From: Macrostomum lignano
Lineage: Eukaryota
Assembly (NCBI GenBank): GCA_002269645.1
Contig: NIVC01003421.1
Span: forward strand, 34,570 to 98,569
Length of the DNA stretch: 64,000 bases
Direction: 5' to 3'
Position numbers and translations under genes: made by a program. The notes beneath the pieces were generated by a model that saw nothing but the letters and a program-made list of their open reading frames with translations, ran no database searches and was not told the DNA's origin. Of this stretch, positions 13,701-48,146 are shown in pieces (positions within the stretch are counted from its first letter, which is position 1; every line of letters starts with the position of its first letter).

Positions 13701-14317
13701 TATAATCGACCGATATATAGTTATATGTATTTATCTGCAAGTCATGTTTTGTATTTATAAATATAGGTGATCTGGGGTGTCTGTGTTTTAAATCGTGTTT
13801 TACACTTCTTTGTTGTGTTTTCTTTTTTACTCGTAAGCTAAGAATCTTACTCTCTTCTTTCACGTTTTAAAGGTAATCAGTTGGCTAATATAGAATAAAG
13901 CCTTCTTCTTTCATGACAATGCCACTGTGAATGTCGATGTATTGAATATTTGTTCATCTATAGTTAATAATCACGTGCTTTACCAATCATAAAATTGCAA
14001 TCTACTTCTGTGCAAATGCAAATTTAGCCATTGGCTAAATCTACCCTGTAATTACATTTTATCTGTTATCTAGAGTTCCTTTGTTATCTACCGATGCTTT
14101 TATGCATTCCTTTTAAAATATTTCCACACTAATATGCAGTATATCAAGTTAATAATTTCATACGTGTCTTATTGTCATATGCGCTTAAATTAAGCAGTAA
14201 CCTATTTAAAAGCATAGTTAATTAAAATATATGTTTGGAGCCATGTGCCATATTAATTATTGCAGTGAATGTTGATTTCATAAAAATATTCCTGTCCTTA
14301 TTATTCACTTTATACCC

Positions 14318-15027
14318 ATAGCGCACCCACCCCACTCCCCAGTTTGATCGACTGGCCACGCTTTGCAGTTCAGACCCATCGCGCGCACCCACCCCACTTC
14401 CCGCTGGGTTTGGCTGGCCACGCTTTGCAGTTCAGACCCATCGCGCACCCACCCCACTCCTCGCTGGGTTTGGCTGGCTACGCTTTGCAGTTCAGACCCA
14501 TCGCGCGCACCCACCCCACTTCCCGCTGGGTTTGGCTGGCCACGCTTTGCAGTTCAGACCCATCGCGCACCCACCCCATTCCTCGCTGGGTTTGGCTGGC
14601 TACGCTTTGCAGTTCAGACCCATCGCGCGCACCCACCCCACTTCCCGCTGGGTTTGGCTGGCTACGCTTTGCAGTTCAGACCCATCGCGCACCCACCCCA
14701 CTCCCCGCTGGGTTTGGCTGGCTACGCTTTGCAGTTCAGACCCATCGCGCACCCACCCCACTTCCCGCTGGGTTTGGCTGGCTACGCTTTGCAGTTCAGA
14801 CCCATCGCGCACCCACCCCACTCCTCGCTGGGTTTGGCTGGCTACGCTTTGCAGTTCAGACCCATCGCGCGCACCCACCCCACTCCTCGCTGGGTTTGGC
14901 TGGCTACGCTTTGCAGTTCAGACCCATCGCGCACCCACCCCACTCCTCGCTGGGTTTGGCTGGCTACGCTTTGCAGTTCAGACCCATCGCGCGCACCCAC
15001 CCCACTCCCCGCTGGGTTTGGCTGGCA
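14318..15027. repeat. 59-61 bp GC-rich minisatellite
   Basis: About 12 copies of CCCATCGCGCACCCACCCCACTCC..GCTGGGTTTGGCTGGCTACGCTTTGCAGTTCAGA. Confidence 0.96.
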
Positions 15028-15749
15028 ACTGTGTATTTCGGACCCTTCAGATAGAGGAGTACTCGTACATGTAGAAGTAAAAAAGTTAGACAGCTAGCTC
15101 TTGAATGCAAGCAGTTTTGATACGCCAAATCAAGTACGTATAGACGTTCAAAGCGTTTTTATATTATATATTATTTAATCAAAATATGAAGCTTCTACAG
15201 ATTCAAGGTCGGAAGTTGAGTCGCCTTGCGAAATATTATTTTTCTTTCGATGAGACAAATCAACTGCCTCAAATACCTATATTATAGTTTGTACGAGTGT
15301 GTACCAGATCTGGCATGCGTTGCAAATGAAAGTATCCATTGAATATTGGCACTGAATATACATGGGGAATAATTGATTGAAAAAATGACGAGATTACCTT
15401 ACATCGATAGCTACAACACGCTGTACATGAAAGTGATTTTAGAAAGAGAAATTTAACACTAATTCCAATTACTTAATTTTCATTTCGTATAAACGAGTGG
15501 GCTTCTTATCACTATCAGGTACCGGTATAGGAAACAAATCACAAGCCATCGAAGGTTAACTAAAAAGTGTGAGCTTCAGTTAGGTGTACAAATAACAAAA
15601 TCAAAGCGATTTACTAAGATAATAAATCAATCAATCAATTTTTAACAATTATTCGATCGAAGCACTATTTCAGTGAGACCTTAGCCACTTGTTTTTTGTA
15701 CTCAAACAGAAAAAGTCCTACGAACGCACTACTAGCAGTAGCTTGCCGG

Positions 15750-18700
15750 CTAAACAGAGGGCTGACTGCGATCGTTAGTGACGGCCTTCTTTAAGCCGTC
15801 CTTGCGGAATCCGGCGATATCCGACAGCAGCGCGCCGCGGCCCTGGCCACCGCCAGCCGCTCCAGGGTCACCGCTGGGTGGCATCGGCGGTGGTGGCGGC
15901 GGTGGGACACCAGGAGGCGGAGGAGGAGGCGGCTGCTGTTGCTGCTGTTGCGCGCTCGCTGTGTTAATGAAATGTACGATTTGTCTTGGTCAAACCGATC
16001 GATATTGGAGTGGGATGGGTGTCTTGTCCAATCGATTGATATTGGGGTGGAATGGGTGCCCTGGTCAAATCGATCGATTTTGGAGTGGGAGAGGGTGTCT
16101 TAGTTTAATCGATCGATATTGGAGTGGGGTGGGTGTCTTGGTCAAACCGATCGATATCGGAGTGGGAGTGGGTGTCTTAGTCTAATCGATCAATATTGGA
16201 GTGGGATGGGTGTCTTGGTCCAATCGACCGATTCTTGAGTGGAATGGGTGCCCTGGTCAAATCGATCGATTTTGGAGTGGGAGAGGGTGTCTTAGTTTAA
16301 TCGATCGATATTGGAGTGGGGTGGGTGTCTTGGTCAAACCGATCGATATTGGAGTGGGAGTGGGTGTCTTAGTCTAATCGATCAATATTGGAGTGGGATG
16401 GGTGTCTTGGTCCAATCGACCGATTTTTGAGTGGAATGGGTGCCCTGGTCAAATCGAGTTTAGTTTAATCGATCGATATTGGAGTGGGGTGAGTGTCTTG
16501 GTCAAATCGATCGATATTGGAGTTGGGATGGGTGTCTAGGTCAAACCGATCGATATTGAAGTACTCGGCTTTTCACTTACGGTTGACTTTAGTAGCATCA
16601 CCGTCTGCGGACTGCAACAAGACGGAAGAATAAAGAGAACCGTTTTAATTCATAGAAAGAAAACTTCTATTGGAAGCTGCAGGAGCTGGTCAAACCAAAG
16701 CTTTTAAAACAGAACTCACAGAAAATTTCGCTGTCCTTCTTGCCCGCCTTTCATCCTCAGTAAGGTTGGCCGCTCTCGAACGCCGTTTCACCAGGCTCAC
16801 TTGGCGCTGGTCCTCTCGCAGTCGGAACTCTTGAGCAGCCTTATAGGCGGTGAGCACCTCTTTAGCTCTGCCAGCAATCTTCCACTGTGGCTTGGCCAGA
16901 TAGTGAACCGGCGTGGATGCGAAGAAGCTTGAGTTGGGATTTGAGCACTTTATTTATGAGTCATTGCGTTCCGTATAAAAAAATAATCCCCAATTCCTCT
17001 TTGGTTAAAAGACCAAGTTTCCAACTAAGCATTCTGGCCACAGAACTTCATTTCCTTACTCAAAGAAGCCTCTATGGTCGCTGCGCTCCCCAGGAAGGGA
17101 CACTATAGTTTGGGTAGCATACAAGTTTAGGGGTAAAAACCCAATTGGAAAGCAGTAAATGAATAGGAAAATGCAACGTTTTTCATTTTTTGATTGATAA
17201 CTTTTTAACTCAAAGTCATAGAAAGATGCAGCTTGCACTATTCAACGCAAAACATTCAGAACTTTAGGTCTCCAAGGTAAGGTTGTATTATTCAAAAAAC
17301 TCCCGTTTTTAGTGCGAGAAAAAATACTTTACGACCCATCAGGCCATGCAAACATATGAAATAAAAATTGAATTGGTTACCCTTAGGTGATAATCAAGCA
17401 AAAGAGAGTGAAATTAACTTACATACAGAGCAGACAATTGCTGGTGCAAGCTGTATAAAAATAGCACTTTGTATGACTCCATAAAACAAAAGCAAAATCT
17501 ACTAAGAGTATACATCAGAGCTATAGCTCATTTCTCAGATAGTTTTGACTATCTATCTGCCTCATCCTAGCATGGCACTCTCTCGCCGAGTCTGAGCAGA
17601 TGTCATTGTGGTAGGTCGCTTCTCAGGAACAGTTTCGATGAAGTAGGATGGCGCGTTTGGAAAGATGCTGGGTACGGCATCAGAAGTGAACCAAGCGTCG
17701 ATTTTTCAGCTTCTTTGCTTGTCCATCTGCATATGCAAAAGCCGGAGCGCTTACGGCTGGAGTTGGAGTCCTAAGAGTTTGTTACAAAGAACATTTCCGA
17801 AAAATGCAGCGAGCAGATCCGGTAGTTGTGCTTTGGATCGCAGCGCAACTTCTCCCAACTCTGCTGCTGTCCACTTTCGGGGAATTGCAGAGATCCATTT
17901 TCCCAGAAGCTCCGGCTGTGTATATATTCTTTTTCCAGTTAGCAAGCTATGAAATACGAGAGGTGTTACAAAAGTTCGCGTACCAACTGCTCTAGCGAGA
18001 AATCGATAAGCAGCAGCATCATTTCATATTTTATGCCATTCCCCTAAACTTGTATAGCGGAGTGGCGTGGGGCGGATGAGTGTCATGGAGGAAAGAATAG
18101 AATGGAGTGCTAATCTGAGCCAGTTATTTTTATCTCGCTCGATCTTCGCTTTTAACATCCCTTTCCCCCCGTTCTTTCCTATTGGCTCGTGACTACCATA
18201 GACAAAATCTTTTTCGTCTCGATTTCGTTTTCGCCCCCTCGGAAAGTAACACCATCTGAAAGTAGTATCGTGGACTATATGTGAATATAATGCCAGTGGA
18301 TACAGCATGCGAAGCTTTGAGCAAAAATTCAATCTGCTTGATTCTGAACATTCGGTCAATTCATTTTAAGATTCACTTGAATCTAAAAACGTTATATTAC
18401 TAAAATACATGATGCGTTATATTTTGCAGTGTATATACAAGAGTCGTCGTGTGACCGTACTATGTTATGACCGTACATACATAGAAATTCAAAGGCAGCA
18501 CTAAATTCTTTTGAAAAATAAACATTAAACTAATGGCTTTCAGTTTATGTAGTAACTACCAGAAATTTTTAACTTTAACTTAAAACTTAAACTTAAAGAA
18601 ACTTAACGTACAATAAACTTTTATCAATTTTTGTGAAATTAAATGCCTGATGATTCTGGCAGCGAAGGGCATGTCATTTTAGTTAAGCTACACAAAAAAC

Positions 18701-21700
18701 TAAAACTCTGAAAAAAACATATTTTGACGTGAGCTCGCACTTTGGTGTGACATATTTTTCAGAGGGGGCGAAAACGAAATCGAGACGGAAAAGACTTTGT
18801 CTATGGAAGTCACGAGCCAATAGGAAAGAACGGGGGGGGAAAGGGATGTTAAAAGCGAAGATCAATCGAGATAAAAATAACTTGCTCAGATTAGCACTCC
18901 ATTCTATTCTTTCCTCCATGGTGAGTGTCCCTTCCTGGGGAGCGCAGCGACCATAGAGGCTTCCCTGCCTTACTATTGCCTGCAAGGCAAGCAAGTTGAT
19001 ATTTTGGCCATAGACATCGGCACAATGAAGGATGCCAGCAGCAACCACTGCCATAGACTCTCAATTTTCAAAACTATTGTTGAATTTTTGAGCTTATTGA
19101 AATAATGCCATAAAAATGGAGTTCCATTTTCCCTCGTTATGCGCCGGGCCAAATCGATTGCTTCTGAATCGGAATAATTTTATAAAAATACCCCACCCAG
19201 CCAAAGGATTAGGCCAGGATCGGCTAACTCCGGCCCGCGAAGCCTCTCTATCTGGCCTTCGGGTCTCAATGTTTGTGTCTCTTCTCCCCTCTCATCTCTC
19301 GACTCACCTCTCTCCCCTCTTCTCTCTCCACTCTTCCCTCTCTCTTCTCTCTTCCCTCTCCCCTCTTCTACCCCCTTCCTCTCTCCCATCTCCTTTCTTC
19401 CCTTTCCCTCCTTTCTCTCATGTCTCTTCTCCCATTTCATCTCTCGCCTCTCCTCTCTTACTCTTTTCTCTCTTATCTTCTCTCATCTTTCCACTCTCGT
19501 GTGGCCCGCAGCCAAGAGCAGGATTCTTAATCTGAGTCTTGAGGTAAAAAGTCTGCCAACCCCTGGATTAGGCAGTGACCTTCACTATCTTTAACTTACG
19601 GATTTTCCAACAGTTCTGGAACTGTAGGCATCCCAGATCTAATGGCATCTTCGGTTAAAATCGATTGAATAATATTCTCTGGAATTGGATAAATAATTGA
19701 AAAGAAAACAAATTAAAATGATAAAAACAACAACCTTAAAACTCAACAACTCACTCAGATCAGTGGAGCAGGTCAGCGAGTGCGTGTCCACATAGGACGA
19801 AGTTAACACCTGACCAGTGGCCATTTCGTACAGGCAGTGGCCGAACGAATAAACGTCAATTTCTTCAAAAGATTTCAGACGTTTCAACGACAGAACTCGT
19901 TGACGAAGCGAGCAGCTCAGGCCTAGCAGACCGTTCTCAAGGTCTGTCAGCTTGCAGCCGTTCTCAGATACAAGCACGTTTCCAAGGTGGAGATGTCCTG
20001 GGTAAAGCAGTTTGAGCATTGGATTTTACATGACTTGTTTAAGCATTGGACACGTGACTCCCTACTGACCTTGAGGACACGTGAGGACTCTGAGGACAGG
20101 TGACCCCCTACTGACCCTAAGGACACGTGACTCCTATTGACTCTGAGGAAACGTGACCCCCTAACTACTCAGAAGACACATGATTTTAAAAGTACACTAA
20201 CAAAGGACACGTGACCCCCTACTGACCCTGAGGACTCGTGACTCCCTACTGACCCTGAAGACACGTGACTCCCTACTGACCCTGAAGACACGTGACTCCC
20301 TACTGACTCTGAAGACACGTGACTCTCTACTGACCCTGAGGACACGTGACTCCCTACTGACCCTGAGGACACGTGACTCCCTACTGACTCTGAGGACACG
20401 TGACTCCCTACTGACTCTGAGGACACGTGACTCCCTGACTCTGAGGACACGTGACTCCCTAACTACTCAGAAGACACATGACCTTAAAAGTACACTACCT
20501 AAGAACACGTGACGTAGCCCATAATCGATAACTCACCGTAGGCGAAGCCCTTTGAGTGCATAAACTTGAGTGCTTCAAGAATCTGCCGACCAAACGACTG
20601 GATCTGCGGCACACTGAGACCGCCGCTAGAAGACGAAGCTCCTTTTTGTCGGCCGTACTTCTTTAGACAGTCCAACTTTGGCTTTGCCTATAAAAATTAA
20701 ACCAGTATGTACATTAGAACTTTAAAGTGTAAACGTGAAGTGTAACAGGTTAACAATCTTTTTAAGGCCCACCTTGTGCAGTAGGTCTCGAACTGAGCCG
20801 TGCCTTTCAAATTGTCTGACGCAATAAAATCCGTGCTTAACGGCTCCGCAAATGTTGGCATTGGCAATGAATGGGTGCTAGAATTTCAGCATTAGAACAA
20901 GAAACAATAATAATGAACAAACTACTTTACTGTAAGTAGAAAGTAAAGAAAAAATAGATAAAATTACGCTAATCGACGTTAGACAGGACACAACGGCAGC
21001 CGTGTCTTTCTGGTCCAAATTGCAAAACGGTCCGTAGCCAACCTATATAAAAACGAAAAAAAATCTTTAAATGAAATTCAACTACTAACAGTAGTTCTAA
21101 ATAGAAAATATATTGAATAAACACTCACCCAAGTCATCAGGTACTCATTCCTGTCCGTGGGCAGAGCGCTCTCCGCAGTGAAATAAGTTTTACGAATTCT
21201 TGTTCCTGTAAATTGTAAATCATGACTCACTGAAATTCAATGCCACTTTATAAGCTTCAAGTTTTAATAACTTACCCATAAACGAACAGGGTTGCAACAC
21301 CTGAAAAGTGCTTTCGGATCTGAGAACCATCGACACGTGTTGCAGTGACAGCTCTGTGAGGATGCAAGAGTGGAAAGAAATTATTGTTGATAAAGGAATA
21401 ACAGCATGAGCATCTGAGAGGATGATGGTGACCTAGCAACTAAAGATCTGGGAGGCTGGCCCTGCAACTGAGGATCTGGGAGGCTGGCCCAACAACTGAG
21501 GATCTGGGAGGCTGGCCCAGCAACTGAGGATCTGGGAGGCTGGCCCAGCAACTGAGGATCTGGGAGGCTGGCCCAGCAACTGAGGATCTGGGAGGCTGGC
21601 CCAGCAACTGAGGATCTGGGAGGCTGGCCCAACAACTGAGGATCTGGGAGGCTGGCCCAGCAACTGAGGATCTGGGAGGCTGGCCCAGCAAATGAGGATC

Positions 21701-24700
21701 TGGGAGGCTGGCCCAACAACTGAGGATCTGGGAGGCTGGCCCAGCAACTGAGGATCTGGGAGGCTGGCCCAGCAACTGAGGATCTGGGAGGCTGGCCCAA
21801 CAACTGAGGATCTGGGAGGCTGGCCCAGCAACTGAGGATCTGGGAGGCTGGCCTAGCAACTGATACTTTGGGAGGCTGGCCCAGCAACTGATACTTTGGG
21901 AGGCTGGCCTAGCAACTGATACTTTGGGAGGCTGGCCCAGCAACTGATACTTTAGGAGGCTGGCCCAGCAAATGAGAATCTGGGAAGGTGTCAGTCATAT
22001 CAATTACCCCTTCGGAGACAAGCAACTCACCTTGATAGTTAAAGCAATAGTTATCAGGATCAAGGAACTGTTTCACTGGAAACGACTGCTCCAGGAGAGG
22101 AATGCTCAAGAGAACATTCACATAGTTTTGCAACTCTTTCTGCCTAGTAGCCACAAACTCTCTGCCCTTGTTGCCAACCCATTTCTTAGGTGGCAGTGGC
22201 AATTCATAGCCAGAAATTTTCAGTACATTGTCTAAACTGACAAAATCGTTGTAGCGTCGGTAAACTTTCCAAGAATCTGAGTCACCTCTGTTTACCTTCA
22301 GAATGTACTCCTGTGAAAGTGGATACAATATGCAAAAGAATTTATTTCATATTCATTTTATTTCATGAGGGTCTATTTTATAAAGAGTAAACACCTGGTA
22401 ACATGAATAAAAAATTATGAAACAGCAATAATTTTAATTCTATTTGCAAAAATATTTTCATACAACCAAACCACAAACTTATCACATATATTACATACTT
22501 TTGGGCTAATCTGTGCTGTTATTAATGTTCAGTAAGTTGTTTAACAATCACCATGCCAATGAGCACAGAGCAATGAAGTAATCTAAAATATCTGGTCTGA
22601 TTTGAAAATTGCCCTTGAAAGCACTTGCACTTTTGCAACAAGTGTATGGAGATAATGCTATGTATTGCTCCAGAGTTTTTCAGTGGCACAAGCAATTTGA
22701 GAAGGGATGGGAAAGGGTTGAGGATGACACCAGGCGTGGAAGACCTTCAATGTCAAATGTTAAAGGCATTGTCCACAGAGTTTCTGTGCCAAGGCCAGAT
22801 TATCAATCAGCACGTTTACAAGTACAAAGGGATCCTGCAGCAAAGACAAGAGATGCAATTTATGGGAAGCCAACTAACTCGTGGTTTCTTCATCAGAACA
22901 ATGTGCTAATGTGCTCACAATGCTCTAAGAGTCAGGGTGGATCTCACAAATAGTAATGTCACAGTGCTAGACCTAGCTTCCATATTCACCCAATCTAGCT
23001 CCATGTGTTTTCCTATTTCCCAAGCTCAAGAAGGTTCTCAAGGGTACTCAATTTCCTAATGTTGATAGGGGCCTACCATCAGAAGGGCCACAATGACAAA
23101 ACTGCAAAGTATTTCCAAAGAAGCCTGGAGCAGAAGAATGGACAAGTGCATTTGGCTCAGGGGGAGTACTTTGAAGGAGCCAGATTTGATTCTAATCGAT
23201 TTTTGCTAATGAAGTTTCTGTGAGCCCAGTCCTAGAACTTTCTGACACACACCATAAATAGTTTTTTAAAAGTCTAATTCTACATACTATAAAACAACAA
23301 ACAAGCAACAATTCTTTGTGCAATTCCTGACAATTAGATAAAAAAGTTAATTTAAAGTTTAAAAAATGTAAAATCAAACTAATTTGCACTTTTTGTTGAT
23401 TTATTTTAAAGCCATAAAAATAGTGATTTTTAGAAAATAACTTTTCATATCTCTTATCACATGCCCTCTTTTTCTATGCTAGATATCTATCCCTTGCTAC
23501 TCCCTACATATGCATTGCACCTCCTTAATATATAGGCCTCTATGTATTATGTTATTGCTAAACTAATCTATATTAAACACTATCTAAAAATTGCCATTGG
23601 CTGCAATATGGAATAAAACATTTAATTTTATCCAAAGTATAACCAAACCCCTTTCCTTTTTTATATCAATGCCACAATGCCATCTAACACCTTTGGAACA
23701 CTAAATAACCTAATATTTTTATTTTATAAAACAATTGCTTAGTATATGATATATATTAGTTATAATAAGGAGTATTATTGTAAATTTAAACAAGAAAAAA
23801 TTTAGTAGCAAAAAAGAAAATCAAACTAAAGTCAATAATAAGAATTAGTCAATTAGTTAAAAAATTATATATAGGGCCTATAAAAATTAACTTTTAAGCA
23901 ACAAAATAACCTGTTAACTAATTAATACTAGTTAAAGTAAAACTTGTTAAATAAAATATATTGCAAAATGTCTTCTGTTTTTTATCTATAAAATGTCCTA
24001 CAAAATTTTATAAAGAACAGGTGTTTAAAAGTTTAGGATATTTGGGTAAGCAGATAATGCATATTATAAGGACCTACCTATAGGTGTTAAATATACAGGG
24101 TTGTTTAAATAAATCTAGAACAATTTGTTTCACCTGCTAGAAATTTAAATTGAGTCGCACGTCCTCACCACTATAGCGAATTGTAGCCCTGCATCCCTGC
24201 CTTCTTCTGCATTCCAGCTTGTTAATACTCCTGCTTCCTATTCATGGAAATTGATTGCCTAAAAATTATTATTGATTTGTTCCACATGGGACACACTCCT
24301 TTTCAAATTTCAAAGCTGCTTGGTTATCCCAAAAGCACCGTTTATGACATTGTTCATTGCTTTAAGTCAATTGGCAGTCCCGAAAGAAAGCTGCACACTG
24401 CTTGTCAGGATCAAATTCGGACATCTAGCTTCCTAGTAAGACTGAAATGGTCAATTTAGGCAGCACCAGGCCAGCCATATCTGAGCTGGCCAAGAAGTAG
24501 ACAGTCAGTCAACCAACAATCTCGCGAGCTGTCAATTGAGACCTCGGATGCCGCAGCTTCTTGCTGAAGATCCTGCAGCTGCTGATGTTGCAGCAGAAGA
24601 TGGCCGAGTTGACAAATGCCACCAGCTCATTTCTTCTTTCAAGTCAATGGGTGGCCCCTTTCGCTTCTTCTTAGACAAGAAAATTTTTAAGATCAACTGC

Positions 24701-25896
24701 TTGCGCAACTCAGAATGATAAGTGGGTCTGCCAGGACATAGCTGAAGTGCCAGCTAACTGCTGGAGCAAGAAGCCAGTGTCTGTCATGGTCTTGGCCATC
24801 ATCTCTAGCAACAGTCACGTAATGCCGCCACACTTCTTTGGCCAAGGGGAGACCATGACCAAGGAGATATACCAGCGTATCCTAGAGGCAAAAGTAAAGC
24901 CATGGATAGACAAGGCAGCTGCTAAGTGGCCAAACATCTTCTAGCAGGACTCTATGCTAGTCTACAAGTTAAGGCTTATCTAGCAGTGGTTGGCTGCCAA
25001 TGTGCCACATTTTTGGCTGAGCTGTGTGTGGATGCCGAACAGCTTAGACTTAAACCTGTGCAACTTCTACTTGTGGGGCAGAGTCTAGCGGGCAGCTTGT
25101 GCCACTTTCCATGGCAACGTAGACCAGCTGAAGGCTGCTAGTGCCATTAGGCAGCAAATAGCTGCCCTAGATTTTGCAGAGGTTGCAGGGGCTGTCTAAG
25201 CTTTTAGGCGCTGAGTTTAGCGAGTGTTGGCAGCTAGAGGCAGCCATATTGAATAAAATATGCAGCATATGATGTAGATTAACAAGAAACTAATTGTAGG
25301 TCCTATAGTTAATTTCTTAGAATCATTCAAAGTTGTTCCAGATTTATCAGAATGACCCTATAAATCATTGTTTACTTATACTCATACTCCTTTTCAAATA
25401 AATTTAATATTACATTTCACTAAATAATAAAAAATTAACCTATGCTAAATAGTTATATCAGTTATTATATATTTATCAATTATTATATATTGCAATATAT
25501 AATAATTAATATATTAATAAATATTAATTATATTTTAATTAAATATAATTGTTATATTTTAGTTTAATTTTAGTCTCAATATTTTAGCATATAGCTACCT
25601 CTTTAAATCATTAATTAAAACACTGAAAATCTTAACCAAATAGCGAATACTAGGTCCCTCCCTAGGTATGATATACTTTATAACATTGGTATAAATTTAA
25701 AACTGATACCTCAAAATATACTTAAGAGGCAGTTTCAAGCAACTGTTTATAAACAGTTTCTGCTCCCGAGTCCCAACTAACTTCTTAAGACAATACTTAC
25801 CACATATTCCTTTAGATCTTGGCTACCTTCTATTGAAACAGTAAGCTTATAGTAGTCATCCAAAATCTTGGACTCCGATGCACTAAAAAGGGCCAT
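15750..25896 (-). CDS. PXK: PX domain-containing protein kinase-like protein (PX + pseudokinase + proline-rich + WH2), complete, 543 aa
   Basis: 12 exons: 25801-25896, 22031-22310, 21276-21353, 21129-21205, 20968-21042, 20773-20877, 20537-20687, 19755-19997, 19600-19678, 16720-16927, 16581-16611, 15750-15958 (1632 nt, in frame). Motifs: VYRRYNDF...LPPKK (PX), GRQILEALKF, GHLHLGNV, DLENGLLGL, DVYSFGHCLYEM, C-terminal RGALLSDIAGFRKDGLKK (WH2). Confidence 0.95.
15985..16560. repeat. 38-bp minisatellite family, array 2, with 192-bp (5-unit) higher-order repeat; last PXK intron
   Basis: Variant TGCCCTGGTCAAATCG recurs at 16057, 16249 and 16441. Confidence 0.9.
17065..18963. mobile_element. Inverted-repeat (foldback/TIR) element with a ~980-bp insertion in its left arm
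   Basis: 40-bp perfect inverted repeat at 17065-17104 / 18924-18963, continued by a ~155-bp inverted repeat at 18084-18240 / 18763-18920. Insertion 17101-18082 has CACT...AGTG ends and subterminal inverted ATACAAGTTTAGGGG. Confidence 0.75.
17580..17990 (-). pseudogene. Frameshifted THAP zinc-finger domain remnant (transposase-type)
   Basis: Manual minus-strand translation gives ELLGKWISAIPRKW, CDPKHNYRICSLHF and SDAVPSIFPNAP, i.e. the THAP W, CSxHF and AVPTIF motifs, with frameshifts and a stop. Confidence 0.75.
19265..19500. repeat. CT-rich low-complexity tract
   Basis: Polypyrimidine run in PXK intron 16928-19599. Confidence 0.85.
20048..20512. repeat. 27-bp minisatellite (GACACGTGACTCCCTACTGACYCTGAG) in a PXK intron
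   Basis: Two sub-arrays, each followed by the same unique block (CCTAACTACTCAGAAGACACATGA..TTAAAAGTACACTA at ~20160 and ~20458). Confidence 0.92.
21432..21975. repeat. 28-bp minisatellite (GCAACTGAGGATCTGGGAGGCTGGCCCA) in PXK intron 2
   Basis: About 19 copies; GC-rich but without any CpG. Confidence 0.96.
22560..23258 (+). mobile_element. Internally deleted mariner transposon relic
   Basis: Fragments ALLQQVYGDNAMYCSRVFQWHKQFEKGWERVEDDTRRGRPS (mariner HTH), KGIVHREF, WFLHQNN, SYSPNLAP..FLFPKLK (YSPDLAP motif); mariner-like 3' terminus GTCCTAGAACTTTCTGACACACACCATA. The left TIR was not found. Confidence 0.85.
24096..25360 (+). mobile_element. Tc1/mariner-superfamily relic (resembles DD37D/maT), ~1.27 kb, with TIRs and TA flanks
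   Basis: Imperfect ~31-bp TIRs (CAGGGTTGTTTAAATAAATCTAGAACAA / reverse complement at 25330-25360) flanked by TA. Broken ORF with HTH (FQISKLLGYPKSTVYDIV) and catalytic fragments (KKPVSVMV..ISSNSHVMPPHFF..VKPW..F*QDS). Confidence 0.85.
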
Positions 25897-26361
25897 AGTA
25901 TATATATAACATACGTACAGAAGAGTATTTTTAAACCCTTTTTATATGGTATTTATAACTTTATGATTTTATATAACTGAAAAATGAAAAGCAAAACAGA
26001 ACTCGCTTGATAAGTTCTTGGAAAGTCGATCATTTAACTAAACGCTAAAGAACTTGCATTACCTTAGTCTTTCATATGTTAACTTTTTTACATAGGATTT
26101 ATAAAGTATTTTCTTTTGTTACTTTTTAAGTCACTTAGCTTTAGGACTTTACCAAATAAATACGAATACAGTTAAAGTAATTTGTTTACTTAAGCTGTAT
26201 CGCTTCACTTTGCTAATTTAAATTGCGAACAATAGGTAGGATTAAAAATATAGAAAGAAAATCTTTCAGTGTTCTCCCCTACTTAAGCAACATATCATTA
26301 ATCATTTTCAATGTGATACTTTTATATTCTGTCTTTATGCTTACTTAAGTTTGTGCTGGCC
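25897..26361. promoter_or_regulatory. Probable bidirectional promoter and 5' UTRs between PXK and tomosyn
   Basis: Divergent ATGs at 25896 (-) and 26362 (+), 465 bp apart; AT-rich. Confidence 0.7.

Positions 26362-48146
<21,785 letters not shown>

Noticed and set aside
19090-19570. hAT-like MITE end (TGCCAACCCCTG)
   Set aside because: The matching 5' terminus was not found.
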